From an uncultured Acholeplasmataceae bacterium (lineage in GTDB: Bacteria; Bacillota_I; Bacilli_A; Acholeplasmatales; Acholeplasmataceae), in the NCBI GenBank assembly GCA_963541565.1, contig CAUTUJ010000001.1:1-55866 (forward strand): a stretch of DNA of 55,866 bases, in the 5' to 3' direction. This document shows, in pieces, positions 1 through 9,668 of this stretch. The notes beneath the pieces are model-generated. The model had not been told where the DNA came from. It worked only from the letters and a program-made list of their open reading frames with translations, and did no database searches. The stretch's first letter is position 1; each line of letters starts with the position of its first letter. The position numbers and the translations under genes were made by a program.

Positions 1-632
1 ACATGGATAAAATCATGGAACTTATGGACAACATTGACACCTACATCCAAGAACCTGTTCGACAAACTGACCTTCCATTTTTAATGCCAGTTGAAGATGT
101 ACTTACAATCACTGGTCGTGGTACTGTGGCAACAGGCCGCGTGGAACGTGGTACTTTAAAACTTGGTGAAGAAGTTGAAATCGTAGGAATCCGTGAAACT
201 AAAAAAGCAGTTGTAACTGGTATTGAAATGTTTAGAAAGCTACTTGACTCAGCACAAGCCGGCGACAACATTGGTGCTCTTCTTCGTGGTATTGACCGCA
301 AAGAAATCGTACGTGGTCAAGTTCTGGCAAAACCAGGCTCTGTTAAACCTCACACTAAATTTGAAGCACAAGTTTACGTACTTTCAAAAGAAGAAGGTGG
401 ACGCCACACTCCTTTCATGACTAACTACCGTCCTCAATTTTACTTCCGTACAACTGACGTTACTGGTATTATTTCACTTGCCGAAGGTGTTGAGCTTGTA
501 ATGCCTGGCGACAACACCACTATTACTGTTGAGTTAATTCACCCAATCGCACTTGAACAAGGAACTAAGTTCTCAATCCGCGAAGGTGGACACACAGTTG
601 GTGCTGGTTCTGTAACTAAAATTATTGCTTAG
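1..632 (+). CDS. tuf: Elongation factor Tu, C-terminal ~209 aa (5' end lies outside the window)
   Basis: ORF is open to the window edge. The translation ([26 protein letters not shown] ... [15 protein letters not shown]) matches EF-Tu domains II/III. A hairpin terminator follows. Confidence 0.97.
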   Translation, partial: MDKIMELMDNIDTYIQEPVRQTDLPFLMPVEDVLTITGRGTVATGRVERGTLKLGEEVEIVGIRETKKAVVTGIEMFRKLLDSAQAGDNIGALLRGIDRKEIVRGQVLAKPGSVKPHTKFEAQVYVLSKEEGGRHTPFMTNYRPQFYFRTTDVTGIISLAEGVELVMPGDNTTITVELIHPIALEQGTKFSIREGGHTVGAGSVTKIIA

Positions 633-651
633 TTAATTTAAAGCAAATAAA

Positions 652-681
652 AAGACTTGATTTAATCAAGTCTTTTTTTAT
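652..681 (+). terminator. Rho-independent terminator after tuf
   Basis: AAGACTTGAT..ATCAAGTCTT stem followed by a T-run. Confidence 0.75.
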
Positions 682-766
682 AACTAAATCTCTAATTTAA
701 ACGTTAAAAATAAATTAGTTAACAATCTTGTATTTTTGCTTAGTTAAGCCTTTTTACAAGGAATTT

Positions 767-802
767 AAAAAGGTCAAACTGATACACAGTTTGACCTTTT
801 TT
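767..802. terminator. Bidirectional hairpin terminator downstream of tpiA
   Basis: A-run, GGTCAAACTG / CAGTTTGACC stem with a 5-nt loop, then a T-run. It lies 26 nt beyond the tpiA stop. Confidence 0.75.
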
Positions 803-827
803 AGTTATATTTTTAATTTTATAAAAG

Positions 828-1577
828 TTATTTTGCAGCAGCGACCATTTGAATAAACTTAGCAGAGTCAAGAGAAGCACCACCGATTAGTGCACCATCA
901 ATGTCTGTAGTTGCAAGTATTTCTTTAATGTTTTCTGGCTTAACAGAACCACCATAAAGAATTCTTATCTCAGCAGACACAGCTTTTCCGTAAAGTTTTT
1001 CAATAACCTCGCGAATTCCTTTAATTGTTTCGTTAGCAACTTCAGGGGTAGCGGTTTCACCAGTTCCAATTGCCCAAATAGGCTCGTATGCAATAACTAC
1101 CTTTTTTGCGTCATCTGTGCTAACTTCTAAAAATGCTGATTTAATTTGGTTTTCTAAGTAGTTGTAAACTTCGTTTTTTTGCCTTACTAAAAGGTTTTCA
1201 CCAACACAAACGACAGGAGTTAAGCTACTGGTTAAAACTTTTTTTAACTTTAAGTTAACGTCTTGGTCAGTTTCGTTAAAGTATTGTCTGCGTTCGCTGT
1301 GCCCAATTAAAACATACTCAAAACCAAGTGGTTCCGCCATCTTTAAAGAAAGTTCGCCAGTATACGCGCCTTCATCTAAATAGTGGATATTTTGCACACC
1401 AATTCTTAAATTACCTTGTCTTTTAACTAAACAACGCGCATATAAACTTGGTGCAAAAATCACAGTTTCGACATCACTTCTTTCTGGCGTTTTTTCCTGA
1501 ACTGCATAAATAAAGTCAAGCGCTTCTGCTCTAGTTTTATACATTTTCCAGTTTCCAGCAATTATTTTTCTTCGCAT
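828..1577 (-). CDS. tpiA: Triosephosphate isomerase
   Basis: The conserved N-terminus MRRKIIAGNWKMYKT starts at the internal ATG 1577, which has an AAAGGAA SD. Motifs GHSERR and AYEPIWAIGTG are present. The ORF-track start at 1610 overlaps the upstream gene. Confidence 0.95.
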   Translation of the reverse strand: MRRKIIAGNWKMYKTRAEALDFIYAVQEKTPERSDVETVIFAPSLYARCLVKRQGNLRIGVQNIHYLDEGAYTGELSLKMAEPLGFEYVLIGHSERRQYFNETDQDVNLKLKKVLTSSLTPVVCVGENLLVRQKNEVYNYLENQIKSAFLEVSTDDAKKVVIAYEPIWAIGTGETATPEVANETIKGIREVIEKLYGKAVSAEIRILYGGSVKPENIKEILATTDIDGALIGGASLDSAKFIQMVAAAK

Positions 1578-1590
1578 AGCAATTCCTTTA

Positions 1591-2142
1591 TTATCTTGGA
1601 GTTTTAACAAGTAAAACTCTGCATGGTCTTGAATACTTGTTTCTCAAATAATTTTCCTTAATGTTTGGAAAGTAGAAAGTTTCAAAACGTTCAACCAAAG
1701 TAACTTCTTCATTTTGAAAAATCTCCACACGGCCATCCAACACATAGCCAAAAGTTTCGCCAACTTGAGCCTTTTGAATTTCAGTTTGTCCGTTTGGCTG
1801 AATTTCAACAATTTCTACCTTAAAACTAGAATTAGTTGGCAGCAGGGGAAACTTAGCAGAAAGTAGTTCTTCGTCAACCACTTCGGCTTCTGCTAACTTA
1901 GCAGTTGAAAAAACTTCTACTAAACTTTCTTCTTTTATTTGTTCTGCTGCTCCAAAGAAATCTTGGAAGTTAGTGCCAAGCCGTTCAAGGATTTTTTCCA
2001 AAGAATCTAAAGACGGAGAAGTGCGGTTATTTTCAATTTGTGAAATATAACCTTTTGTAAATCCAATATCATTTGCAAGTTCTTTGGTAGTCAAATTAGC
2101 CTTGACTCTTAAATAATGAATTTTTTGTCCTATGTCTATCAC
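1591..2142 (-). CDS. XRE-family HTH transcriptional regulator with a C-terminal cupin-like domain
   Basis: N-terminus LTTKELANDIGFTKGYISQIENNRTSPSL is an HTH_3 pattern and the C-terminal half is beta-rich. The GTG start lies 4 nt after the pgk stop, and the stop lies 14 nt before the tpiA start. Confidence 0.7.
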   Translation of the reverse strand: MIDIGQKIHYLRVKANLTTKELANDIGFTKGYISQIENNRTSPSLDSLEKILERLGTNFQDFFGAAEQIKEESLVEVFSTAKLAEAEVVDEELLSAKFPLLPTNSSFKVEIVEIQPNGQTEIQKAQVGETFGYVLDGRVEIFQNEEVTLVERFETFYFPNIKENYLRNKYSRPCRVLLVKTPR

Positions 2143-2146
2143 GGTT

Positions 2147-3337
2147 TTATTTATCTAAAATACACTCAATTCCAGGTAGAGTTTTACCTTCAAAAAATTC
2201 AAGAGAAGCACCACCACCAGTAGAAACGTGCGTGAATTTTTCAATCATGTTAGCCTTCGCAATAGCAGCAGCAGAATCACCACCACCAACTACAGTCATC
2301 GCACCTTCTCTGGCAGCGATATACTCAGCGATTTTGTAAGTACCATTTGAAAAAACAGGAAGTTCAAAAACGCCAAGTGGACCGTTCCAAATCACAGTGT
2401 TTGCTTTATCTATATATTGTTTAAATAATTTAAGAGTTTCAACACCGCAATCTAAACCTTCTTCGTCTTCTGGTATATCCATAACTGAACGCAGATTTAC
2501 TTCTGTATCGTTTGAAAATTCTTTACCTGTATAGACATCGCGGCCAACTATTAGTTTACCTTCACCTCGTTTAAGTAGACCTAAAGCTAAATCTGTTTTG
2601 TCAGGTTCACAAATGCTTTTACCAATTTTTCCGCCTTGAGCCTTCGCGAAAGTATAAACCATACCACCAGCAACTAATACATAGTCACAAATCTTAAGTA
2701 AATTGTTAATAACTTCAATTTTGTCAGAAACTTTAGCTCCACCAATAATTGCCACAAGTGGTCTTTTTGGGTTTTGAATTGCAGCAGAAAGATATTTAAT
2801 TTCTTTTTCCATTAAGAAACCACAAACACAAGGCAAGTGATTTGCAATTCCTACATTTGACGCTTGTGCACGGTGACAAACACCAAAAGCATCGTTTACA
2901 AAAATTTCGCCAAGACTAGCCCAGTATTTACCAAGTTCTGGTGAATTTTTTGACTCTGCTTTGTTGTCAAGATCTGCAAAACGAGTGTTTTCCAGCACGA
3001 TAACTTCGCCAGATTTTAGTTGACTAACTGCTTCTTCTACAGCCTTACCACGAAAATCTGCAATAAACTTAACTGGTTTGCCAAGTAATTCAGATAATCT
3101 GCGAGCAACAGGCTCTAAAGATTTACCTTGCTTGTCTTTTTCTTCTTTAACACGACCAAGGTGTGAAAGTAAAATTAACTTAGCACCATGTTCAAGCAAA
3201 TAAGAAATTGTCGGAAGTGCCTGAACGATGCGGTTATCATCAGTGATTATTCCGTTTTTTAGCGGTACGTTGAAATCAACTCTTAAAATTGTTTTTTTGT
3301 TTTGAAAATCAACATCTAAAATTGTTTTTTTGTTCAT
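2147..3337 (-). CDS. pgk: Phosphoglycerate kinase
   Basis: 396 aa with full-length PGK pattern (RVDFNVPLK..., ...GGGDSAAA..., STGGGASLEF). Confidence 0.96.
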   Translation of the reverse strand: MNKKTILDVDFQNKKTILRVDFNVPLKNGIITDDNRIVQALPTISYLLEHGAKLILLSHLGRVKEEKDKQGKSLEPVARRLSELLGKPVKFIADFRGKAVEEAVSQLKSGEVIVLENTRFADLDNKAESKNSPELGKYWASLGEIFVNDAFGVCHRAQASNVGIANHLPCVCGFLMEKEIKYLSAAIQNPKRPLVAIIGGAKVSDKIEVINNLLKICDYVLVAGGMVYTFAKAQGGKIGKSICEPDKTDLALGLLKRGEGKLIVGRDVYTGKEFSNDTEVNLRSVMDIPEDEEGLDCGVETLKLFKQYIDKANTVIWNGPLGVFELPVFSNGTYKIAEYIAAREGAMTVVGGGDSAAAIAKANMIEKFTHVSTGGGASLEFFEGKTLPGIECILDK

Positions 3338-3508
3338 TTATTAAAACCTCTCTAAACAAATCAATTATAACATTTATAGCAGTGTATTTAAATGATTATT
3401 TTTAAAATTTGTTTAACTTGGAAAGACTGAACGCCCAAGCAAACAACTATTTTTTCGTTTAACATTTTTAATACATAAAATATAATTTTCAAAAAACTGA
3501 TGTTTTTT

Positions 3509-3535
3509 TATAATATTTATGTGTAATTTACACAT
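3509..3535 (+). promoter_or_regulatory. Candidate -10 (TATAAT 3509..3514) followed by a 17-bp perfect palindrome, ATGTGTAA-T-TTACACAT (3519..3535)
   Basis: Read directly from the sequence. It lies 53 nt upstream of the HTH regulator gene, and the direct repeats AAAAACTGAT at 3492 and 3544 flank it. Confidence 0.45.
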
Positions 3536-3587
3536 TTTTTTTGAAAAACTGATTTTTTAACTAAATTAAATAAAGTAAAATAAAGAC

Positions 3588-4823
3588 ATGTTTTTAAACA
3601 ATAGAAAATTAAAATTAAAGACTAAACTAGAAAATGAAAAAGCCGTCTTTTACAAAAGACAACTTTACTATTGCAGAATGCTTTGCTCAAAAACTTTGGG
3701 TGAGTTTAGTGAAGTTACTAATTTACCAATTTCAACAATTTCTTGCTACGAGAGAAACAAGTCGCCATTGACTAAAAAAAGCATTGAAAAAATTGAGACA
3801 CTTTTTGTCTCAGACAAAATATCTATCTATAACTTTAGTGTGTTTGAAAATAAAATAGAAGAGTTAATCAATGCTTTAGTTAAAGTCAAAAAATTAGAAA
3901 AAAGTTTAGCAGACCCCAAAGACCACGACATTTTAAACAACACTATTTTTAATAGTTTTTATTATTTATGCAATTTAAACCTGACAGATGCGCTTTTAAT
4001 TTTATGCAATGGTGACTACACTAAACCTGACTTTTCACCAAAATACTACATGGTTTATCAACTGATTTCAGCACTGACTATGTTTATCTCTGGAAACATT
4101 AAAGGCTGCACAATGGTTCTCGAAAACAGGGTAGCAAGTGCTGAAGATAAAAGAATTGAAGCGATGTTTATGCTTTTAAAAGTTTTAACTAAGTTTTGTG
4201 AGAAAAAGCATATTCACGCAAGCGAAATCGACGACTTAGAAATTTATTTTTCTACACTAAACTCACCAATTTTAAGTGGAATTTTAGAATCAGTTAGACT
4301 AATTAAAAATCTGAAATTTCAAGATGAAACAACTTTTGAAAACAATGTAAAAAACATTTTAAAATGCAAGTTTAGTAACAACAAAATAGTAGGTGCTTTT
4401 TTTGCCTTATACGCACAAATTTACCACAGTATCTTCATACCAGACCTGTTTTTCAAAAGTTGCACAAAGTTTGAAAATAGACTAGTAAGGCTATTTTTTG
4501 AAACTTTGTATTATATTCATGAACGTAAAATGGAAGCAATATCTCACAACACAAATGAGTTTTTAAAACATAAAATTCCAGATAACTTCTTAATATCCAA
4601 ACTGATGCAACTAGCCCAAAAACTACTTTTATATCAAGATGCACCCGATATTTTTATTAAGTATTTTTTAGAATTTTTAGACACAGAAATCAGCGGAGTT
4701 TACAAATCTTTCTTTATTTTGCTTGCCAGTAATTTCTATAAAAATATCAAGGGTGGAAACATAATTTTAAAACTAATTAAACTAAACAGTAAACTAACTA
4801 AAATCGTGCCACAAGCCGAATAA
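3588..4823 (+). CDS. HTH (XRE-like) regulator with a large all-helical C-terminal domain; function unknown
   Basis: 411 aa. The N-terminal SKTLGEFSEVTNLPISTISCYERNKSPLTKKSIEKI looks like an HTH. The remaining ~330 aa are helical and repeat-like, an RNPP/Rgg-like architecture by eye only. Confidence 0.55.
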   Translation: MFLNNRKLKLKTKLENEKAVFYKRQLYYCRMLCSKTLGEFSEVTNLPISTISCYERNKSPLTKKSIEKIETLFVSDKISIYNFSVFENKIEELINALVKVKKLEKSLADPKDHDILNNTIFNSFYYLCNLNLTDALLILCNGDYTKPDFSPKYYMVYQLISALTMFISGNIKGCTMVLENRVASAEDKRIEAMFMLLKVLTKFCEKKHIHASEIDDLEIYFSTLNSPILSGILESVRLIKNLKFQDETTFENNVKNILKCKFSNNKIVGAFFALYAQIYHSIFIPDLFFKSCTKFENRLVRLFFETLYYIHERKMEAISHNTNEFLKHKIPDNFLISKLMQLAQKLLLYQDAPDIFIKYFLEFLDTEISGVYKSFFILLASNFYKNIKGGNIILKLIKLNSKLTKIVPQAE

Positions 4824-4872
4824 TTCTAAGTTCTTGTTATATAATATATATAACGAGCGACGGAGAAAATAT

Positions 4873-6186
4873 TTGAAATTATATAATTTTTTAACTAAAA
4901 AAATAGATAATTTTAACCCAGAAGCAGACAAAAAAATCGGCATTTATGTGTGCGGTCCTACAGTTTACTCATACATTCATGTTGGGAATGCTCGTCCTGC
5001 TATTTTTTTTGATGCAGTTGTTCGCTATTTAAGATATCGTGGACATGAAGTTTTCTATGTTTCTAATATTACAGATATTGACGATAAAATCATTAGTAAG
5101 GCGATTTCAAAGAATGTGTCTGAACGAGAAATTGCCTACAGATATAGTAAAGAGTATTTAAAAAATCTAGCAGATTTAAACTGTGAGTTTCCTGACTCAA
5201 TTCCTTACGCCACTAAATACATTGACCACATAATTGAATTTATTCAATCCTTAATTTCAAAAAATCTAGCCTACGAAAAAAACGGAAATGTCTACTTTAG
5301 AGTTAACTCAATTCAAAGTTATGGTGCAATTTCTCACCAAAATACAGCAGAGTTAGAAGTTGGTGCCAGAGTTTCTGTTAACCAAGATAAAAAAAACCCA
5401 CTTGACTTCTTGCTTTGGAAAAAGACAGAAGAAGGCATCAAATTCAAATCACCTTTTAGCGCTGGCAGACCAGGTTGGCACACAGAGTGTGCTGTGATGA
5501 ACAAAGAGTTATTTAAAGACACTCTTTTAATTCACGGTGGTGGTTCTGACTTAAAGTTCCCACATCACGAAAATGAACGTGCTCAGTTTCTTGGAGAAAC
5601 TGGACGCGAACTTAGTAAATACTATATGCATGTTGGCAGAGTTAATGTTGACAATCAAAAAATGTCTAAGTCTCTTGGCAATGTAATCAATGTAAATGAA
5701 ATTATAGAAAACGGCCAAACAAACGGATTTAGACTTTTAATACTTTCACATAACTTCGAAAGTCCAATTAACTTTTCAAAAGAACTGCTTCAAGAAAACC
5801 AAGCAGTATTTACCAAAATACAGCGTAAATTAAGAATACTTGCCTTTAATCATCGTGTTGCTGGTTTTGAGTTTAAAGAATTAAACAACGAAGTTTTAGA
5901 TAACTTCATAAAGTGCATGGAAGATGGTTTCTTAACGCCGCTTGCTTTAAGTGATTTACAACAAGTTATAAAGAAACTAAGTATTAATGAAACTAGTTCA
6001 ACTAATGCTTCAGTAATTTGCTCTATTTACAAGGTTTTAGAAATTTTAGGTTTTGAAATAAAACTACCTGATTTTACTGACTCTGAGTTTGAATTATATA
6101 AAACCTGGCAACAAGCCCGTTTAGACAAAGACTTTAAAAAAGCAGATGAACTTAGAGTTAGTCTAACTGAAAAAGAACTTATTTAA
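4873..6186 (+). CDS. cysS: Cysteine--tRNA ligase
   Basis: HIGH-type HVGNARP and KMSKS motifs are present. The conserved N-terminus (M)KLYNFLTKK starts at TTG 4873, 7 nt after GGAG (4862..4865). The track start at 4834 adds 13 non-conserved residues. Confidence 0.93.
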   Translation: MKLYNFLTKKIDNFNPEADKKIGIYVCGPTVYSYIHVGNARPAIFFDAVVRYLRYRGHEVFYVSNITDIDDKIISKAISKNVSEREIAYRYSKEYLKNLADLNCEFPDSIPYATKYIDHIIEFIQSLISKNLAYEKNGNVYFRVNSIQSYGAISHQNTAELEVGARVSVNQDKKNPLDFLLWKKTEEGIKFKSPFSAGRPGWHTECAVMNKELFKDTLLIHGGGSDLKFPHHENERAQFLGETGRELSKYYMHVGRVNVDNQKMSKSLGNVINVNEIIENGQTNGFRLLILSHNFESPINFSKELLQENQAVFTKIQRKLRILAFNHRVAGFEFKELNNEVLDNFIKCMEDGFLTPLALSDLQQVIKKLSINETSSTNASVICSIYKVLEILGFEIKLPDFTDSEFELYKTWQQARLDKDFKKADELRVSLTEKELI

Positions 6187-6203
6187 CTAACTGAGAGGAC
6201 ACT

Positions 6204-8972
6204 ATGGAAAAAAACAAAAAAGTTGAAAATACTCAAGTAGAAACTGAAATTAAAAAAGAACCTACTTTGGATGTAAAAGAAAACACTGCTAAAGAAGTTA
6301 TTGAAATCAAAAAAACTGGTTTTGATAATAAAACAAAAGACTTAAATAAACCAAAACAAGGTAAAAAAGGTTTGATTAAAAAAACTGTGACCATTGTTGA
6401 AGAAAGTGCTGAACTACTAGAAATTCCCGATGAATTAAAACAACGCTACGCAGAAATTAAACCCAAAGAAAAGAAAACAAAAAAACCTCGTAAAAAAGAA
6501 ATTAAAGTCGTTCGCTACAACCCAAATGTTGAAACTGGTTTAACCGACCAAGAAGCGGAAAACAGGCGAATCCTCGGGATGGCTAACAACTCCAAAACTA
6601 AAACCTCAAAAAGTTATTTCGCGATTTTCTTTACCAACATCTTTACGCTATTTAACTTAATCATGTACCCACTTGCTGTTTGGTTAATTACAGTCGGCGC
6701 AAAACCGCAAAACTTAGTGTTCCTAGTCGTGACTACCATTAACGTTGTAATTGGTATTGTGCAAGAAATTAAAGCAAAATTGACTATTGAAAAATTAACT
6801 ATCTTGCAACAACCCACAATTACTGTTTTAAGAGAAGGTAATCAAAAAGAAATTAAATCAAAAGAAATTGTTTTAGATGATTTAATTATTTTGAAACCAG
6901 GTAGACAGATTCCTTGTGACTGCGTGCTAGTTTCAGACGGTGGCCTTGAAGTTAACGAAGCACTGTTGACTGGTGAGTCTGATGCTATCGTTAAAGACAA
7001 AAAAGCAGCGCTTTACGCCGGAAGCTTCGTAGTTTCTGGAACTGGGGTTGCCCAAGTTGTCGCAGTTGGTAAAAACGTATATATTGAAAAACTAACTAGT
7101 CAAGTTAGAAAAGTTAAGAAAAACAAATCCGAACTACTTAAATCACTTAAACTGCTAATTACTATCTTAACTGTCTTAATTATTCCAATCGGCTTTACTT
7201 TATTTTACTTTTCTACAAATCATTTAGACTTTAGCAATTCAGCAGTTTATAAAAGTGCAGTTGAAAAAACAGCAGGTGCGATGGTTGGAATGGTGCCAAC
7301 TGGTTTATTTTTGCTAACATCTGTAGCCTTGTCTGTTGGTGTTCTTCGTCTTGCAAAACACAACACATTGGTTCACAACTTATACTGCATCGAGACTCTT
7401 GCTCGCATTAACGTGCTTTGTTTAGATAAAACAGGAACAATTACCGATGGTTCTATGACTGTAAAAATGTCAATGGACTTCAATCAAACTGAGTCAATGT
7501 ATTCAAATGAACAACTTCTCCAGGCTTTTTTAAATATTGACAACTCAGACAACCCAACTAACTCTGCTTTAATTGAGCGTTTTGGCAATAACTTTGCTTT
7601 AAAACACAACACCTACATTCCTTTTTCAAGTAGTCGCAAATACTCAGCGATTGAGTTTGAACAAGTTGGTACCTTTTATTTAGGCGCACCTGAATACATC
7701 ATTAAATCTAAGTTCAAACAAATTAACGACAGCGTAGAAAGATATATCTTAGAAGGTTTCAGAGTGCTCGTATTTGGCTACACAAAAGCACCACTTGGCG
7801 ACAAAATCCCACAAGATGTTACTCCACTTTCTTTAATCGTAATTGAAGATACAATTAGAACAGACGCACTTGACACTATTAAGTTCTTCAAAACTATGGG
7901 TGTCGACATTAAGGTAATTTCTGGTGACAACCCGCTTACGGTTTCTAGAATTGCTGAACGCGTTGAAATTAAAAACTACAACAAATACATCTCACTTGAA
8001 AACGTCAAAGACGAAGAAATTGAAAATATTTGTACAGAATACACTATTTTTGGCCGAGTTAATCCAACTCAAAAACGTCTGCTAGTTCAAGCACTTAAGA
8101 AAAAAGGTAAAACTGTGGCAATGACTGGAGATGGTGTCAACGACATTTTAGCACTGCGCGAAGCGGATACTTCTATTGCTATGGCCGAAGGTTCTGAGGC
8201 TGCCAGAAACGTCGCTGAAGTGGTTTTGATGGATTCAAACTTCTCATCAATGCCAAAAATTGTGGCAGAAGGTCGCAGAGTTATTAACAACATTGAAAAA
8301 GTAACTACCTTGTTTATCACCAAAACTATTTTTTCAGTGGTACTTTCTTTAATTGCAATTTACTTAGCGGCTGCCAAAAGAGGTGCGTATCCACTTGAAC
8401 CAATTCAGCTAGTTCCAATTGAAAGTTTAGCAATAGGTATTCCTTCATTTTTCTTGGCACTTGAATACAACAACAGTGAAATTAAAAAGGATAACTTCTT
8501 GTGGAGTATTATTAAAAAATCAATGCCAAGCGCTTTGACGATAATTCTTGAATGCGTCTTGATTTATAGTTTAAGCAAAACTTTAAAATTAACCGTGCAA
8601 GGACACGAACGAGTTATTCCAACCTTGATTGTTTACAGTGCAACTACAATTTGTTTAATTACTCTGCACAAAATTTGTCTGCCAATGAACTTCAAGCGTG
8701 GCATGCTGGTGACAACGATGATTTCTATTTTCATCGTGCTAGTTACTTTTATGTCTGAATTCTTTGCAATCGCTCCAATCTTTAAAGTTGGCTACTACAG
8801 TGGAAACGCATTAAATGTCCAAGAGTTGCTGCTGCTTGTTATATTGCTACAAGCCGGATGGCCACTAATGTATCTGTTTACCAACATTGTTGCTTGGACT
8901 AAAAAAGGAATCCACAACGCAATTGTGTTCTTTAGGGATTCCAATAACTTACCGGAAGACAGCAAAAAATGA
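6204..8972 (+). CDS. Cation-transporting P-type ATPase (P2-like, Ca2+/Mg2+ type) with a Lys-rich N-terminal extension
   Basis: Motifs TGES, DKTGTIT and GDGVND are present, with about 10 predicted TM segments. The first ~105 aa are K/E-rich and low-complexity. Confidence 0.9.
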   Translation: MEKNKKVENTQVETEIKKEPTLDVKENTAKEVIEIKKTGFDNKTKDLNKPKQGKKGLIKKTVTIVEESAELLEIPDELKQRYAEIKPKEKKTKKPRKKEIKVVRYNPNVETGLTDQEAENRRILGMANNSKTKTSKSYFAIFFTNIFTLFNLIMYPLAVWLITVGAKPQNLVFLVVTTINVVIGIVQEIKAKLTIEKLTILQQPTITVLREGNQKEIKSKEIVLDDLIILKPGRQIPCDCVLVSDGGLEVNEALLTGESDAIVKDKKAALYAGSFVVSGTGVAQVVAVGKNVYIEKLTSQVRKVKKNKSELLKSLKLLITILTVLIIPIGFTLFYFSTNHLDFSNSAVYKSAVEKTAGAMVGMVPTGLFLLTSVALSVGVLRLAKHNTLVHNLYCIETLARINVLCLDKTGTITDGSMTVKMSMDFNQTESMYSNEQLLQAFLNIDNSDNPTNSALIERFGNNFALKHNTYIPFSSSRKYSAIEFEQVGTFYLGAPEYIIKSKFKQINDSVERYILEGFRVLVFGYTKAPLGDKIPQDVTPLSLIVIEDTIRTDALDTIKFFKTMGVDIKVISGDNPLTVSRIAERVEIKNYNKYISLENVKDEEIENICTEYTIFGRVNPTQKRLLVQALKKKGKTVAMTGDGVNDILALREADTSIAMAEGSEAARNVAEVVLMDSNFSSMPKIVAEGRRVINNIEKVTTLFITKTIFSVVLSLIAIYLAAAKRGAYPLEPIQLVPIESLAIGIPSFFLALEYNNSEIKKDNFLWSIIKKSMPSALTIILECVLIYSLSKTLKLTVQGHERVIPTLIVYSATTICLITLHKICLPMNFKRGMLVTTMISIFIVLVTFMSEFFAIAPIFKVGYYSGNALNVQELLLLVILLQAGWPLMYLFTNIVAWTKKGIHNAIVFFRDSNNLPEDSKK

Positions 8973-9667
8973 TTTACTTTGGGAAAAATGTTGTTAAAGA
9001 AATGATTTTAAATCATTTCCCTATCTTCAACGTTTACTTAGATGAAAAGTTTGCAGACCAAAAGTTTTTTGAGTTTTTGAATCAAAATAATTCAAAAATT
9101 GAAAGAGTTACAAAAGAACGCTTATTTAAATTAACTAACACCAAAGACCACCAAGGTATTGCTGTTAATGCAAGTGACTATAAATATTTTGAGTTAGCAG
9201 AACTGCTTGGAAAAGATATTAAAAAAATAATTATCTTAGATTCAATTCAAGATCCACATAACCTCGGCGCTTTACTTAGAAGCGCTGAGGCCTTCGGAAT
9301 TGACACAGTTGTAATTTCAAGCAGAGAGCAAGTTAAAGTAAATCCAACCGTCTTAAAGGTGTCGGCGGGTGCTGCGATTAAAGTTCAAATTTCAATGGTC
9401 AGAAGTATTTCAAAAACCATTGAAATTTTAAAAGAAAACGGCTTTAAAGTATATGCTACCGCTTTAAATACAAATAAGTCTGTTGCATGTTTAAAAGCAG
9501 AAGACAAAATTGCAGTAATTCTTGGAAATGAAGGGCTAGGTGTCAGAAAAAACCTAATTTTGCTTTCTGACGATACAGTGACCATTCCAATGATTGGTAA
9601 AATCAACTCACTAAACGTATCTGTTGCTGGTGCGATAGTGATGAACGAAATGACTAGAAAGGATTAA
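8969..9667 (+). CDS. rlmB: SpoU/TrmH-family rRNA 2'-O-methyltransferase (RlmB/YacO-like)
   Basis: 232 aa with SpoU motifs (DSIQDPHNLGALLRSA, ILGNEGLGV, SLNVSVAG). Its position next to cysS and a sigH-like gene matches the Bacillus cysS-yacO-sigH region. Confidence 0.85.
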   Translation: MIYFGKNVVKEMILNHFPIFNVYLDEKFADQKFFEFLNQNNSKIERVTKERLFKLTNTKDHQGIAVNASDYKYFELAELLGKDIKKIIILDSIQDPHNLGALLRSAEAFGIDTVVISSREQVKVNPTVLKVSAGAAIKVQISMVRSISKTIEILKENGFKVYATALNTNKSVACLKAEDKIAVILGNEGLGVRKNLILLSDDTVTIPMIGKINSLNVSVAGAIVMNEMTRKD

Positions 9668-9668
9668 A

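Noticed and set aside
3281-3337. Apparent ~33-nt tandem duplication at the 5' end of pgk (AACAAAAAAACAATTTTAGATGTTGATTTT / AACAAAAAAACAATTTTAAGAGTTGATTTC), which gives NKKTILDVDF/NKKTILRVDF.
   Set aside because: The resulting sequence still matches the normal PGK N-terminus (KKT..D.D..GKKVL.RVDFNVP). It is more likely a natural pseudo-repeat of the conserved motif than a recent duplication or artefact.
3392-3430. 12-codon ORF (MIIFKICLTWKD) upstream of the RNPP-like regulator, considered as a possible signalling pro-peptide.
   Set aside because: It has no SD, is very short, and is not conserved evidence by itself. It is kept only as a note under the regulator finding.
4834-4872. The upstream extension of the cysS ORF (track start 4834) and the similar N-terminal extensions of cca (25894..25980), tpiA (1578..1610), and the AAA ATPases and lipoprotein (16552..16569, 50188..50199, 24065..24079).
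   Set aside because: The extensions are non-conserved, overlap neighbouring genes or lack an SD, while internal starts restore canonical N-termini and have SD sequences.
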